Assembly: GCA_964016885.1 (NCBI GenBank)
Contig: OZ024740.1
Coordinates: forward strand, 410,440,001 to 410,504,000
Length of the DNA: 64,000 bases
From: Eledone cirrhosa
Taxonomy: Eukaryota
Reading direction: 5' to 3'
Position numbers and translations under genes: made by a program. Under the pieces are notes generated by a model. That model made no database searches and was not told the origin of the DNA. It worked only from the letters and a program-made list of their open reading frames with translations. Positions 31,636 through 44,992 of this stretch are shown one piece after another. The first letter of the stretch is position 1. The number at the start of each line of letters is the position of its first letter.

Positions 31636-32448
31636 TTTGGCGGAATTGGTAGAGCGGCAGAGCAAATGCTTTACAATTATCAGTTTGGTCGCGAAACGTT
31701 CTGAATTCAAATCCCGACAGGTTCATTTTTATTTTTTAACAATTTGGGGTCTATGAACCAGTCAAATATTTATGTTGATATAATCAACTGTATTATTCTC
31801 CTAAACGTGCAGTCTTGTGCCTATGTCAGAAATTGTTTTTATTTAGGGAGTTGGATTGTCATAATCGTTAGAGCGTCGGACAGCATGTCTTGAGGTATTT
31901 AGTTGCATCTCTTTATATTCTGCGATCAACTCGTTTCGAGGTCAATTCTCCCAGGGTCGATAACATAGAATACTTATGAAGTATTGGTGTTGGTTTAATC
32001 GACCAGGACTTCCACGTAATTAGTAGCCTAGTATATATCTAAGAAATTAAAGGTGGCTTTGGATTGCCAGAACCAATAGAGCGTCGCACAAAAGTCTTTG
32101 TGGTATTTATTTGTTCTGGATGTTTATGTTCTGACTTCAAATGCCTCCAACGTCAAAGTTACCTTTCCTCCTTCAGGTGTCGTTAAAATAAAGTACTAAT
32201 CAAGTACTGGACAATATAATCGAGTTTACCCTTTTTAAAAAAAGTTGTGACTTTGTGACTAAATTCGAAACCATTATAATTATGGTCCTTTACGTTCTCA
32301 GTTCAAATACTGCCGAGATTAGCTTTAGCTTTCATCACTATGGGGTCGATAAAATAAAGTATCAGTGACGCACTGGAATCGATTTAATCGAGTTTTCCCT
32401 TCCCTTCAAATTATTGAACTTGTGGAAAATGTAGAAACAATTATTATT
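31636..32448 (+). mobile_element. Four diverged family-A-related SINEs head-to-tail
   Basis: Heads at ~31638, ~31848 and ~32052 plus a partial copy at ~32283. Three have TTCAAAT B-box-like motifs. GGGGTCGATAAAATAAAGTA-like bodies and GAAA(C)AATT-like tails recur. Confidence 0.7.
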
Positions 32449-32707
32449 GAAATCTAATGGGAAGAAAGTACGGGAAATTGGAAGTAAAGAGTATACATAA
32501 TATTATACTACCCTGAGAGGAGAACTGCCATCTATGGCCTATTAAGGAACACCGCAAACCCAAGCTTACCTAGAATCGTAGAAGTAAGTACTCGAATCTT
32601 AGCGAATGCTCTCTGCGGAGTGTAATTCCATTCACCTACTTTCCCGAAGTTAGTAAAACTCTGACAAATGCTTCAGACGTTCTGTATACAAACTGGACCG
32701 TCTCAAA

Positions 32708-32850
32708 TAATTGTTTCTACTTTTGGCACAAGGCCAGCAATTACCCAGCACATTACTGGTACTTTATTTTATCGACCCCATAAGGATGAAAGGCAAAGTT
32801 AACCTCGACGGGATTTGAACTCAGCCCGTAAAGGGACGTAACTATGCTAC
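32708..32850 (-). mobile_element. SINE family A, 5'-truncated
   Basis: AATTGTTTCTACTTTTGGCACAAGGCCAGC...GGATTTGAACTCAG, matching the other copies. Confidence 0.9.
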
Positions 32851-34085
32851 TGATACTGCAATGATACTTCAATGTATATAGAATTTGTCTCGCATTGGTA
32901 ATGCTCTCCGGTGACACTTCAAGGCCAGAGATTTCTAGATATTATTCATAGACTTCAGGCCAAAGTTCCTCTAAAACAGAGGAATCAGTTAGTTTTCAAC
33001 GATACTCAGATTTTCCCGAGTATATCATCATACTTTCCCACCACTAATTCTTTATAGAATAATGACGCTGAACATCTACCACAATACTAGGCTGGTAGAG
33101 TACTGTAAGCTCCTAGAAATACACCAAATACCAGAAGCCAAGTCTGTGGGAAACGTTTCATGGCAATAGGCACCTCAAATGCTCATCATGGTAGAAAGTG
33201 TATATCAGGTTATATACCAATCCCTACTAACAGAGTTGGCTGACAACACATGAATGGCCTGACAAACTGAACATGTACATGCCACATGAAACGAAAAAGC
33301 ATACGTTTCAGTATTGACAGGTGAGAACTGGGGTAATATACTCTAGTCAGGCAGTACTATATAACGCAGGAAATAAATACATGCGTTCGCCATTTCTGCT
33401 CGATATTTCAGCGCGTGTTTACTCTTCACCAATGACCTCTTCCTAAATATCTGGACTGAACCAGACCCTGAACACGTTTACAGGTCTACAATTCTATCAA
33501 CCAGAACGCTGCCCAGCAATATGGTGTAACCTGTATAGCTATCAAGCTGCAAGTCCACAAATTCAGATTCATCTTTGCTCTTGTTACCTCCTCATGTTCG
33601 TGTAAAATAGTTCACTTCTTCTAGACATCAGTGGTATAAGACACTATTACGGAGATGTCTGCATATGCTGACGCATCATCCATACGTTTAAGTTCGAGCA
33701 GCTAACTCGTAACATTCTCGTTTCCGTAGTAGTGGTTCATAGATCAGTAGATATAAAAATAATGAGAAAAGACCCCTTTCATATGATTCAAAACGGTTCA
33801 GGGTGTTGACAATCACACCTGTCAACTACCAGTTTACTAACTCGCAAATGCAATCACAGTAGATATACGCACTGGGAGATACATGACCATATGTAATTGT
33901 GGACACTGCTATCTCTGTCTTCTGATCTAACGTTTACTAGCTACAGTCTGGATGACCTGATGTATTTACTCCATGTTAAAACTGTGGCCATGTTCTTTTT
34001 GTTGCTAGGCTGCATATTTGTTAAATCGGTGGCAACAGGATGTTCTTAATCATACCATTTATTATATCATTGTTGTTGTTAATAA

Positions 34086-34280
34086 GTCGGTAGATTGGCA
34101 GTATAGGTAGACGGTCGGACGCCATGCTTTGCAGCAAAGAGTTACGGCCCTTTATGATTTGAGTTCAAATCCCGCCGAGGTTAACTTTACCTTTCATCCT
34201 TACAGGGGTCGATAAAATAAAGTACCAGTAATACACTGGGATAATTGCTGGCCTTGTGCCAAAAGTAGAAACAATTATTG
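34086..34280 (+). mobile_element. SINE family A, near full length
   Basis: A-box-like TGGCAGTATAGG, B-box GAGTTCAAATCC, tail CAAAAGTAGAAACAATTATT. Confidence 0.92.
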
Positions 34281-34528
34281 TTGTTAATAACTGTTTATAG
34301 TCTCAGTGTTATTGTTGTTGGTGGTCGTAACGTTAAGATTGTTCCTCCTTAATTATACCTGTGGGAGCAATAGTGGTAGAGGTTATATAGGTATATAAGG
34401 GAAGGAGAAATGTTCCTGTTCCGACTCTCACAACCCTTTATTCACCGGAGGCCTTGTGACTTCGTCGACATATTTATTGCTTTGAATTTTTCAACAAACA
34501 ATTCTTCTAAAATATATAATAATATATA

Positions 34529-34712
34529 TAATTGTTTCTACTTTTGGCACAAGTACCAGTAACACACTGTGTGTTACTGGTACTTTATTTTATCAAAGGA
34601 TGAAAGGCAAAGTTAACCTCGGCGGGATTTGAACTCAGAATGGCAAGGGCCGTAACTTTATGCGTCAAAGCATGGTGTCCGACCCTCTACCGATACTGCC
34701 AATCCACCAGCC
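34529..34712 (-). mobile_element. SINE family A, near full length, with an internal perfect palindrome
   Basis: Reverse-complement match to 34086-34280; 17-bp-arm palindrome at 34551-34585. Confidence 0.9.
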
Positions 34713-34834
34713 CTTGGGAAACAATGAATCAAACAATCCCTTTGAGAGGGTGGTTCGTTCTTCGATACAATAATTAACAACTATTTTCAGGATAAACGGG
34801 TATGTCTACTATAGTCTTTGGTGGTGTTATTTCT

Positions 34835-35380
34835 ATGTACTGAGAGTAGTCTTCGCAATATTGTGCAGTTCTTAGCAGTTCTATTTTTGTATGCTGTACA
34901 TATTTGTTAGTCCAGTTTTTTTTGTATAATTCGCAGAGCAACTATTATTAAAGGTATTGGCACTGCTTTCATCATCCACATTCGGGTTACTTCTCTCTCT
35001 AGATCTTTATATGTAGATATTTTCTACATTTCCTTGGCAGATATATTGTTGTCTGTTGGGATTGTTATATCGATTAATAGACATTTCTTTTCTTTGTGGT
35101 CTTTGACCTTACTATCCGATCGGTTGGTTTTGATCTCCTTGTCTATATGTATTGGCATATCTCCGACTCGTTGCTTTGTCATTCTCTGACACTTTTTCTG
35201 GTGTGTGTCTGTACAACTATTTTCTGTTGATATTTCATAATGCTGGCATAACGTCCAGTATATGTAAATCCAAACTATAACTTGTCTGTGGATATATTGG
35301 GCAGCCAGAGATGTTATCGTTAATTGTTTCTTCCCCATCTCCACATATTCTGCAATTACTTACTATGTTCTGCTTCATTT
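34835..35380 (-). pseudogene. R4/Dong-like LINE 3' fragment (RLE endonuclease)
   Basis: YIHR..YIYWTLCQHY..IDKEIKTNRSD..KDHKEKKCLLIDITIPTDNNISAKEM*KISTYKDLE matches the RHD / RPD / D..IP / K..KY.DL pattern of RLE domains. Confidence 0.8.
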
Positions 35381-37071
35381 ATTATTATTATAGCTCTCTG
35401 TAATACCTAAGACAAATTCGATAACATCACCAAAAAGGAAATTAAATTTAACAAGAAAATGAGCAAAAAAAGCAAATTTTTGATTCAGACTAACGTAGAA
35501 AGCTGAAACATTATTCTATTTACAGCATTAATCTTTCACAAACGATATTCCGATTAGACAGTACACCACACATTCGTAAAATAAAGGGACGGACGCACAA
35601 ACACACGAAAACATGTGCGACAAACAGAACAAAACAAAACGAAATTTAGACACAATAATCGGAAAATAAACAACTAAAGAAAATGGAACAATCTCGAAAT
35701 AAGGATTAAAATATACGACCCATCATTTTGTTTAAACAATAAAAATGAAGGTGAATTCCGAAATAGAACGCTCATGCAATCACGTTACGAATAGAACCAC
35801 GTAGCACGATACTCAGAAATGCCGTCCTCTCAAAAACCTAATACTAAACAGACAGTCTTGTCTATTAATGTGAACGTCCAAAAGAAAAACCACGTTATGA
35901 GGTGAATGTATTACAAACAAACGAAAACAGCACAACAAAACCTATCAGAAAAGGCTCCATTAAATAAAGAAAGTGACACAACAGAAACAACCACACATAC
36001 AATGTATGAGAACTTAAATCAAATTAAACTCCCCACAGAACTGCCTAGGCAAGAAATAACCCAGTGTGGCAAATCAAAAGTACAGAGAAACAACGTTGGG
36101 AATCCAGAAAAGATGAAAATCATAGAATCTCACAATCAAATACACACCCACAACAAAAATATACTGTAAACGACACACCTAACAACAAACAATAAAAAAA
36201 AAACACACTCTTTAAAACAAATTTACTAGAATTAATATTGAGGAAGATCTAATTAATGCATTAGAGGAAATAAAAACAACAACATCGCAAGATCAATAAA
36301 CATATAAAAGGGTAAAACAAAATAACTACAGAGGAATACAGAGTGCTATGAGAATAAATATATATAAAATAGAAGTAGAGAAAAGTTGAAACAAACCATA
36401 GCTACAAAAATATACCAAATAAAAATCAGAATCTTTGCAAAACCTGAACCCTTCTGCCAGGAAAATAAAGAATTTCCAATAAAGATGAAACGATTCTAAA
36501 GAGATATTAAACCACCTCCACAAAATACAAAAAAGAAAACAAAACCTCAAGAGCAAATATAACAAAATAAAAGAAAACATGAAGTTAGAAGACACACCAG
36601 TACCATTGGGAATCCAGCATGCCGAGAGGGAGAATATGAAGCGAAAGCGACCAACACAAAAACAAAATGTAAAAGGATGACACCAACAACTGGCTTAAAC
36701 AACTGATCCATATCGATAGATATATAGAGAAGTGGCATTTAATGAAATGATAAGGAGACCTAAATCAAAACCTGACCTGACGCTGGAGGGGAAAACGGGG
36801 TCAATCCTCAACAACGCAATGTATTCACAAAACGATAGGTGCATAACATACTACAAATAATATACAAAACACTCACACCTATAATACACAACCGGCTAGT
36901 TACACATTGGAAAATAACAATGTGATACTAGGAAAGAAAGGGTGTTAGAAAAGAATGAGAATTTGGCTAAAAGACTAGTGAATTGAGCTATTATGGAAGG
37001 TCAACAAAAAAGAAAAACAAACCCTAACATGGACTGGGTTGACAGCTGAAAGTCGACAGCGGCGGCGGTGG

Positions 37072-37790
37072 CTTCTTCTTCTTCTTCTTCTTCTTCTTCG
37101 CTGAGGTAGAGTGCTGAAACACTTTTCAGAAGCAACCGTTTCCAACTGATCCGGCTAGATCCCCAAGCGTTATATCAAAGCTGTGATCTCTCAATTCGGA
37201 GAAGTCACAGCTCTACCCGGAGCGACTCTCATCTCCGAGCTACTCACTTTATCGACTAATGCCATTTCGGCCGCTTGTATTCTTTCGGACATTACCCAAA
37301 ATAAATGACCATAGGTAAAGTTGGCACGGATACCGAATTGAAGTTAAAGAGTTTGGTTTTTACACTTACCTTCTTCTGATTGCCGAATAATGAAGCTTCT
37401 ATGTAACTGCACAAGCTCCTCCAGTTCTTGTACTTAATTCAGCTTTCTGATTTTTATCCCCCGTTAACAAGAACTCGATAAGGCTGAACTTCTACACCAG
37501 CTTCATTGGAACTCTACTCACATGTAGAGTAAAACGGGGCAGGTTTCCCCGAGAGAATGAATGTTTCAGTCTTGCAATATTGATTTACATTCCTGCCGTG
37601 CAGTACTCGGTATCAAACCTATCAAGTGCACGTCGAAGTAAGTAATTCCATGTCGTTTGCAAATTCGTGGGAATACTGTCGAGAGGTATATTCTTGTACT
37701 AACAAACTCATTATGTGGTACAGATGCTACGGTACAACTATAAATCCTCCTCGCTAACTGGATGACACAATATTTTGAATGTATAAACAC
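37072..37790 (-). mobile_element. RTE-clade (Rex3/Expander-like) LINE 3' fragment with (GAA)n tail
   Basis: Minus remnants KTKLF..SVP/TYGHLFWVMSERIQAAEM and DKVSSSEMR../LLRIERSQL; (CTT)n at 37072-37098 on +. Confidence 0.72.
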
Positions 37791-38498
37791 TGAACTGGAA
37801 ACCGCCCTTAAAAATTAGCAAAAAAATTCAGCTGACAAGAAATTGCATTGTATTGGACAAATGCACCACAATAAGAAGAGACAAAATAACCAGACATGAG
37901 TATATGCTATTAGACATAGACACGAAATTAGAAAATTAGACCAAAATCAACGAATATGTGAACAGATAATTCGCAACACACGAACATGAGATAAAATTAG
38001 GAAAAAGTACCACAAAACTGTTGGAATATATAAAATACTGAGCTAAATGCTAGAGATACAATATTAGGTATACATAAACTGGTCATACAAGTTATACATT
38101 ACAATTTCATTATAAGACTTGAAAAGTTTAAACAGAAAACAGAAAAACCAGGAAACTATTTACAGTTTACCCGAGCTACTATCTGAACATTCGAACTAAA
38201 ATAAAAACAATTAGAAGCAAATAAGGAGGAAAACTGATAAATGATATAAGGAAAATAAAAAAAATATATATATAAACAACTTTGCTTTATATGCAAGGAA
38301 ATGATATAGCTGCAGCGGACAAGTTACATGAAAACAATACAGAAAAGATTAAAGAAACAATATTGATATGGAACAACAAAATATACCGAGAATACCCCGA
38401 ATGACTCCGCTGAGACGTATGCCAGTGTTAACTCTGTTTCAAAAGCTTCGGACTAAGAAGTAGAAAGAGAAAGATTGGTCACATACCAGGAATGAAAT

Positions 38499-38592
38499 AA
38501 TTGTTTCTACTTTTGGCACAAGGCCAGCAATTTTATTTTATCGACCCCGGAAGGATGAAAGGCAAAGTTAACCTCGGCGGGATTTGAACTAA
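38499..38592 (-). mobile_element. SINE family A, 5'-truncated, 15-bp target-site duplication
   Basis: CAGGAATGAAATAAT at 38487-38501 and 38597-38611. Confidence 0.9.
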
Positions 38593-39020
38593 TGAACAGG
38601 AATGAAATAATGAAATGAGATCTGTGCAATCAGACGGTTGATTATATCATATCTACCTGCTCAATCCTTCATATAACAAGTACGATCAAGTAGACAGGCA
38701 TGTTTACAGGGAAATATGCTAACATTTCAGTGTAATAACGTACAAAACAATGGTATAGTATGTACCCAACACGGAACATGACACGATCAAATCACAATCG
38801 TCTGGAATATGCATATCCAAACAGACAAAGAGATAATGGCAAACCATCCAGATATAATAGTCAAGACTGAACGAAAGATACAAACGCACTGATAAACATG
38901 CTCTACACGCCACACGCCACACATTCAGCAATGTGAAACATAACACCGATTATCCAGCACATACGGAACATATTCACCACTCAGAATAACATGATTCTTC
39001 ACATTATGCATAATCTACAC

Positions 39021-39366
39021 CAGTGTTTCCTAGCCTATGGCCTCATGGCTAAAATGGGCCATGGCAAATTTCAGGTGGGCCACAGATATTTTATAACTTT
39101 TGCTGGGCCACCGGTTTGATATATGGGCCACAGCTTATTGAATGGTCAATAAAACACTTATTGACTACTAATCCTTAAATTAATGAAATTAAATATATGT
39201 AAATAATTTTAATATATTTTGATTATGAAAACAGATATGGTTGTATCTTGATTGGATATATTCTATGTAAAATGGAAGTAATTTTTTACACTAATAATTT
39301 CATGTACCACAGAAAATTTCTTGGTTCAAAGTGGGCCATGAGCTAAAGAAGGGTTGGGAACCACTG
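39021..39366. mobile_element. Non-autonomous hAT (Charlie/Buster-type) MITE
   Basis: TIRs CAGTGTTTCCTAGCC / GGTTGGGAACCACTG; 8-bp TSD ATCTACAC / CTCTACAC (7/8 match, central TA); subterminal TGGGCCA motifs. Confidence 0.88.
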
Positions 39367-39512
39367 CTCTACACTACACATCTAACACTAAAGTAACACT
39401 AGAAACAGAAAGCTAAATCCTATAACAAAACAAAACTGATGCAGTGCATTCAGTCGAGTCTTATATCATGAAAAAACCCCAACTAACTCCCTTGAAATAA
39501 TCGAAGAAACAG

Positions 39513-39672
39513 TAATAATGGTTTCTAATATAGACACAAGGACAGCAGTTTGTAGACGGGGAAAATCGATTATATCAATCTTGACTGTTACTTTATTTTA
39601 TCGAAACCGGAAGGATAAAATGCAAAGTTGATCTAGGGGCGATTTGAACGTAAGAGCTGGAAGAAATACTTT
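39513..39672 (-). mobile_element. Diverged family-A-related SINE
   Basis: GGTTTCTAATATAGACACAAGG...TACTTTATTTTATCG...GCAAAGTTGA...GATTTGAAC. Confidence 0.75.
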
Positions 39673-39914
39673 AAGAAATTAAGCTCATATGAAAAGGGTT
39701 AATTGTCATTTTCTCGGAATATCGGCTTTGCATATTTTACCAAGTCATGTGTTGTTTACATTAGGAATAGTAAAATAACAAGTCAGGTGCTTTACTTCAA
39801 CACCTAACACCCCCAATTAGTTTATGTGACCAGAATTGTCTGTGTGTGCTGAATGATATGTTTGAAGTTGCATCTCTGTCTGCTTATCTCTCTCATACTC
39901 TCTTTCTCTATCAT

Positions 39915-39948
39915 CACACACACACACAAACACAGACATACACACACA

Positions 39949-40018
<70 letters not shown>

Positions 40019-40086
40019 AATAAGAATAAACGTGCTGCGGAGTTGCAAATGGGTTACATATGAATAAAGTGGTCCTTCATCAGTGA

Positions 40087-40144
<58 letters not shown>

Positions 40145-40865
40145 TACATATACATATAGATTTATTTATATTTGTATATATATATATATATGTGTATATG
40201 TGCTTACACCTATGTACGAAAATATGTATATATAAAAATGCAGACACTTACACACGCGCAATCCTACAAACATACACACGCATACAGTTGACTAAACTAC
40301 TTCAGGTAAGGCTAAAGTAAAATCGAAGTAATATGAAGCGTGAATTTGCTATGCCATACATTGGGAGGCTTTATTTTATTCAAAGTAGGCCAAACCACGT
40401 GCTCGGCAACAACACGAACTTGGTCACCACTGTCTTCACATACCGCACCTTCCACCATCACTTTTCAACATCAACAACACGAATGCAGCGATAGCAGATG
40501 GAAGTACTGTCGACAGGCATACAGAGACATACAGACACCCCCATACTCCCTCATACATACGTACGTATGTATGTAGGTGTGTATGTATGTATGTATGTAT
40601 GGATGTATGTATGTATGTATGCACGTGTGTTTGTGTGTGTGTTTGTGTGTGTGTTTGTGTGTCTATCTACTTATCTTTGTCTGCTGTCAGCCATTCTATT
40701 TCTGTCTGTTTGTCAGTTTGTCAGTCCGTCCGTCTGTCTGTCCCTCTCTCTCTCTCCCCACTCTCTCTGTCTCTCTCTCTCCACACATCCACACACACAC
40801 ATATATATATATATACATATATATGTATGTAAAAGGTAAACAGAAATAACAACATAATCGGTACA

Positions 40866-40923
<58 letters not shown>

Positions 40924-41060
40924 ATATATGCATGCATTATATATGTAAATATACATATGAATATGTGAGTGCATGTGTCTGTGTGTCTGTGTGTCTGTAT
41001 GAGTGTATTTATTATGCTTTTGTATGTGTTTCTCTTTGTGTCTGTGTTCGAGCTTGTGTG
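39915..41060. repeat. Cluster of (CA)n, (TA)n, (TATG)n, (TG)n and (TC)n microsatellites
   Basis: Direct reading; short unique spacers between tracts. Confidence 0.9.
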
Positions 41061-41599
41061 TATTTTTAGAGTCCAATTACAACTCTTCCCACACACATTC
41101 CTCTCCCACATGAATATCAACAAATACCCTAAATGCTGCCCCTCACGTTCCACACGTAATCACAATAACGATAAGTAAATACACCACTTAATGGTCGCAA
41201 TTCACACTTAAAACATTTCATCCAAAATTTTAATTAATTTTATATTGATTTTCTTTTTACACTTCTTTTTAAATGCCACACACACACACACACACACACA
41301 TATATCAATTTAATTCCAAATTTTATGCAATCATAAATCTGTCATTGAAACTAACATTAACATAAATGCACATGTACAAAGAAACATACGAATACTTATG
41401 TGTTCGGATGTGCTACTTTTTTTGTGCAAATTTATTTGCATCACATCCATTAAACTTCACCCCCCCACGAAAATGAAACAACGAAACCGCAAAAGCGAAG
41501 CTATCCACTACACACCACAAACAACTGAAACCCTTTTCAGCCAACTGAAAAGGATCGATCGACTTTCGTCAAATCGGACCAAGGAAACAATGTTTCCGT

Positions 41600-41762
41600 T
41601 GGTCATTCTAATTGCTAGTACTATCTATCGGTCGCAACTCCAGGCAGAAGGAGCAACGTGAAATAAAGTGTCTTGCTGAACGACATAATGCATCGCCCGG
41701 TCCAGGAATCGAACTCACGATTGTGAATCCTATTCTCTAACCACTCAGCCACACGCCTTCAC
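41600..41762 (-). mobile_element. tRNA-derived SINE, family B (CORE-like central motif)
   Basis: Minus: A-box TGGCTGAGTGG, B-box GAGTTCGATTCC, then CAGCAAGACACTTT..TGCTCC. Confidence 0.75.
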
Positions 41763-41974
41763 TCAGCCAACTCAGCTACTTATAAATACAACTTCAAATC
41801 TTCAATTTTCACTTGTTTAAATATATCTGTGCCGGGAAGTGGTTTCGATGGTATGGCCCACGATCGTAAGAACGTCAGATTGTTTCTCCAGTCCATTCAA
41901 ATCACAAAAATGAGTTATTCCTTAGTTCAAGACACTATATTTGTCACATAAAAATGACTTTAAGGATTTTGGCC

Positions 41975-42281
41975 TCCTCAGCCCGACGTGCAGTCTGCGA
42001 CTAACCCAGGTTCTGCTGCACCTCGGGCTGAGGAAGCCAAGCTCTTCAAGTACTGGTCGCTCTCCGACAGGTTTGCGGTTGTACCCTTGGCAGTAGAGAC
42101 TTCTGGTGTCCTCGGCCCTAAGGCTACCTCCCTACTCACCACCATAGGCGCTGAGCTGGCCAACCACTGGTGTGAGCATCGCGAGTTGGAATGGCTTTTC
42201 CAGCGCGTCTCCCTTGCCGTCCTCCGGGGAAACGCCTTCTTTATTCTGTCCGCCGGGATTGTGGAGAGGCCACCAATATAA
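41975..42281 (+). pseudogene. CRE-clade-like non-LTR retrotransposon 3' fragment (RLE C-terminus)
   Basis: SATNPGSAAPRAEEAKLFKY..FAVVPLAVETSGVLGPKA..WLFQRVSLAVLRGNA shows the K..KY / P.A.ET.G / QR.S.A..RGNA signature of CRE-type RLEs. Confidence 0.8.
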
Positions 42282-43288
42282 TTGACTGACTTATCATTTT
42301 ATCAGTCAGATGATCTATGCTTTTCCATATATCTATTTACTGTTCCCACATCCTTAGTCCTATTCGTTGTTTATATGTACATATCAATGTAAGTATTCCC
42401 TTAAACAACTGATTGATGAATTTATCTTAGGATACGCGTTTCTGTGAAATTGGACCCTGCTTCTCAAGTGCCGTTGTCTAAAGAGCTACCTTCACAATAC
42501 CAAATGGCTTCCAGGGGAATTATACGAGCTTAACAGCCAATAAGTTCAAGGGTAAATTTAAACAGCATGCATATTTCTTTGTGTACAGGAACAGGGGAAC
42601 TCTACTGTCTTGTCCTGTTTCGTATGGAAGCTCAACCACAGAATTAAATGGAGCATTCGGCTCCGTGACATTGTAAATTAATATACTGCTGCAATGTGCG
42701 ATATCCACCAACAAGAAAACTAAACCAACATTTTGCTGCCATTAGAGAAAAGACAGGTGACATAATTTCAAAGACCACCTTAGTTGCACTTGGCTCATAT
42801 GTATGTGTTTGGCAGGCAACTTGAACCAACATGCTTAACATGAAAACACCAGTATCACACCCACTAAAAAAAAAGATTACCAGATACACTAATTAAACAT
42901 TAACCTACCAGCGACATCCGACACATAGAGCAGAAAAGATACCAGATTTAAGAATGTTTGATGATGGCAGCCATGCGAAAATGCAGTCATTAGATTCCAT
43001 CAAAATTAATGGCGCCATAAAAACACAAACTTTTCTGCTTGCGCTCGCCTTTCATCTGATATCGCCGAATTATCAACAACACACGTGATCTAAATTAACC
43101 AATAGAGCACCTTCACATCAAAGCCTCAATCTGCACTCTTAATTTTGTTGTACCTTTCTCCAATACATCTAATGACATACGGTAGACATGCTTACGTCTC
43201 GACATCGTGGGAATGTGGAGTTACAGTAAACTCCTAATATACATACTCCCAGGTCCCTGTTTTGGATTGATCGCTCCAGTTGTACCCA

Positions 43289-43334
<46 letters not shown>

Positions 43335-43338
<4 letters not shown>

Positions 43339-43578
43339 GCCAGCACCAACAGTTTTGCAAGAGGTGTCAACATGAATGGACCTGTTATTTTTATCTAAAG
43401 ACATTTTTTCCAATTCCTGCCCGCCTGTCCCCTCAATCTACCTTATTTCTCATTCCTTCTTCTGATGAAGGACTAGCGTCCGAAACCTTAAGACCCTGTT
43501 CCTGCTATATCGTTAACCTAATATATCCCATCCATATACTGTACCGATTGTGTTGTTATTTCTGTTTACCTTTTACAT
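43335..43578 (+). mobile_element. Solo PLE pseudo-LTR fragment between (TA)n tracts
   Basis: Contains a hammerhead-like motif; its last ~40 bp occur inverted at 40829-40868. Confidence 0.6.
43458..43493 (+). ncRNA. Minimal hammerhead ribozyme-like motif
   Basis: TCTT-CTGATGA-A-GGAC TAGC GTCC-GAAA-CCTT-AAGA; helix III appears mismatched. Confidence 0.6.
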
Positions 43579-43588
43579 ACATTCATAC

Positions 43589-43847
<259 letters not shown>

Positions 43848-44024
43848 ATTATATTCAAACATATAGAGCGATCATTTTTTTTTCATATATATATATATAT
43901 ATATGAGCGGAACAAGTAATCATTAAACAATCTTTTAAATAAATTAAAATACGATTTAAATATTTACCTCTTCTAGTGCCATTATATATATATATATATT
44001 TATATATATATACGTACGTTATTC

Positions 44025-44600
44025 CGGGTTGAATCGGAGGTAACCACAGTAAGTAATGTACTCAATACATAGCAGAGTGTAAAAGTTTTAATATAGATTA
44101 GATTCTACAGGACTAGAACTGTTTCATTCTTTAGAAATCATCAGAAATCTGGGTATCAAAAAATAAATATGGTATTTATAGGTCTCTTCGGGTGGTAGGA
44201 GAGGGTGGGGAGTGGGATGGGTAGAGGTCATTGGTTGATAGAAAAGGGAATTCCTTAAAAGCTAATTCTTTAAAGCTATAATTTATATTTAGACTAACAA
44301 AGGCAGAAAGAATTCTATTAACAAGTTCAGAATGGGGTGCCACTCCTTATTTTTAAGTTTCTCTTAAGCTAACAATGCCTATATTTCAGGTGTCTATAAG
44401 ATCGTTGGGGGTCAGTCATGGTTGATGGATTTAAAGAAAAGGGAAATTCTTTAAAAGCTAATTCTTTAAGGTTCTACTTAGAGTGACAAATGCCTAGAGA
44501 ATTCCATGGACCAGTTCAAAATATTGAGTGCCTATCATACCATTATCTTCAAGTTTCTATTAAGCTATATTCCAAATGTCAACAGACACATTCACAAACA
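44025..44600 (-). mobile_element. PLE 3'/pseudo-LTR fragment, inverted copy of 57600-58101
   Basis: Near-identical reverse complement over ~500 bp; hammerhead-like CTGATGA-TTTCTAAAGAAT-GAAA-CAGTTC at 44111-44149. Confidence 0.72.
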
Positions 44601-44631
44601 CACACACTCACACACACACACGCGCACCCAC

Positions 44632-44662
<31 letters not shown>

Positions 44663-44811
44663 CACATATATATATACATATACACACACATATATATATA
44701 TATACATATATATATACACATACACACATATATAAACATATATATATATACATACATATACACATACACACACATATATGCATATATACATACACACATA
44801 TACACACACAT

Positions 44812-44850
<39 letters not shown>

Positions 44851-44875
44851 CACATATATATATATATATACATAC

Positions 44876-44906
<31 letters not shown>

Positions 44907-44992
44907 AATATACACACACACATACACACATACACACACACATATATATATATATATGTAAAGAATTGAGGTGTAACACACGAGTTGTGATA

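Larger units (their letters stand above)
36380..38870 (+). pseudogene. Heavily decayed R4/Dong-like LINE (RT, zinc knuckle, RLE), interrupted by an RTE and a SINE
   Basis: Remnant peptides EGKT..IIYKTLTPII (~36790-36885), LDKCT (~37855), TELNARDTILGIHKLVIQVIHYNF (~38040), TVDYIISTCSIL (~38635) and TIVWNMHIQTDKEIMANHPDIIVK (~38795-38865). The A-rich 35400-36380 may be its 5' part. Confidence 0.72.

Noticed and set aside
32860-34060. Possible decayed LINE RT (LLDISA-like and AYAD-like words)
   Set aside because: Motifs too short and not linkable by eye; needs a translated profile search
34086-34180. tRNA gene
   Set aside because: The A/B boxes belong to a SINE head; no cloverleaf, and it continues into the SINE body
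40016-40088. CTGATGA on the minus strand between TA tracts
   Set aside because: No closing helix II or GAAA; at most a hammerhead fragment
42420-42900. Possible host exon after a TTAG acceptor-like site
   Set aside because: The frames checked hit stops quickly and give no recognisable protein
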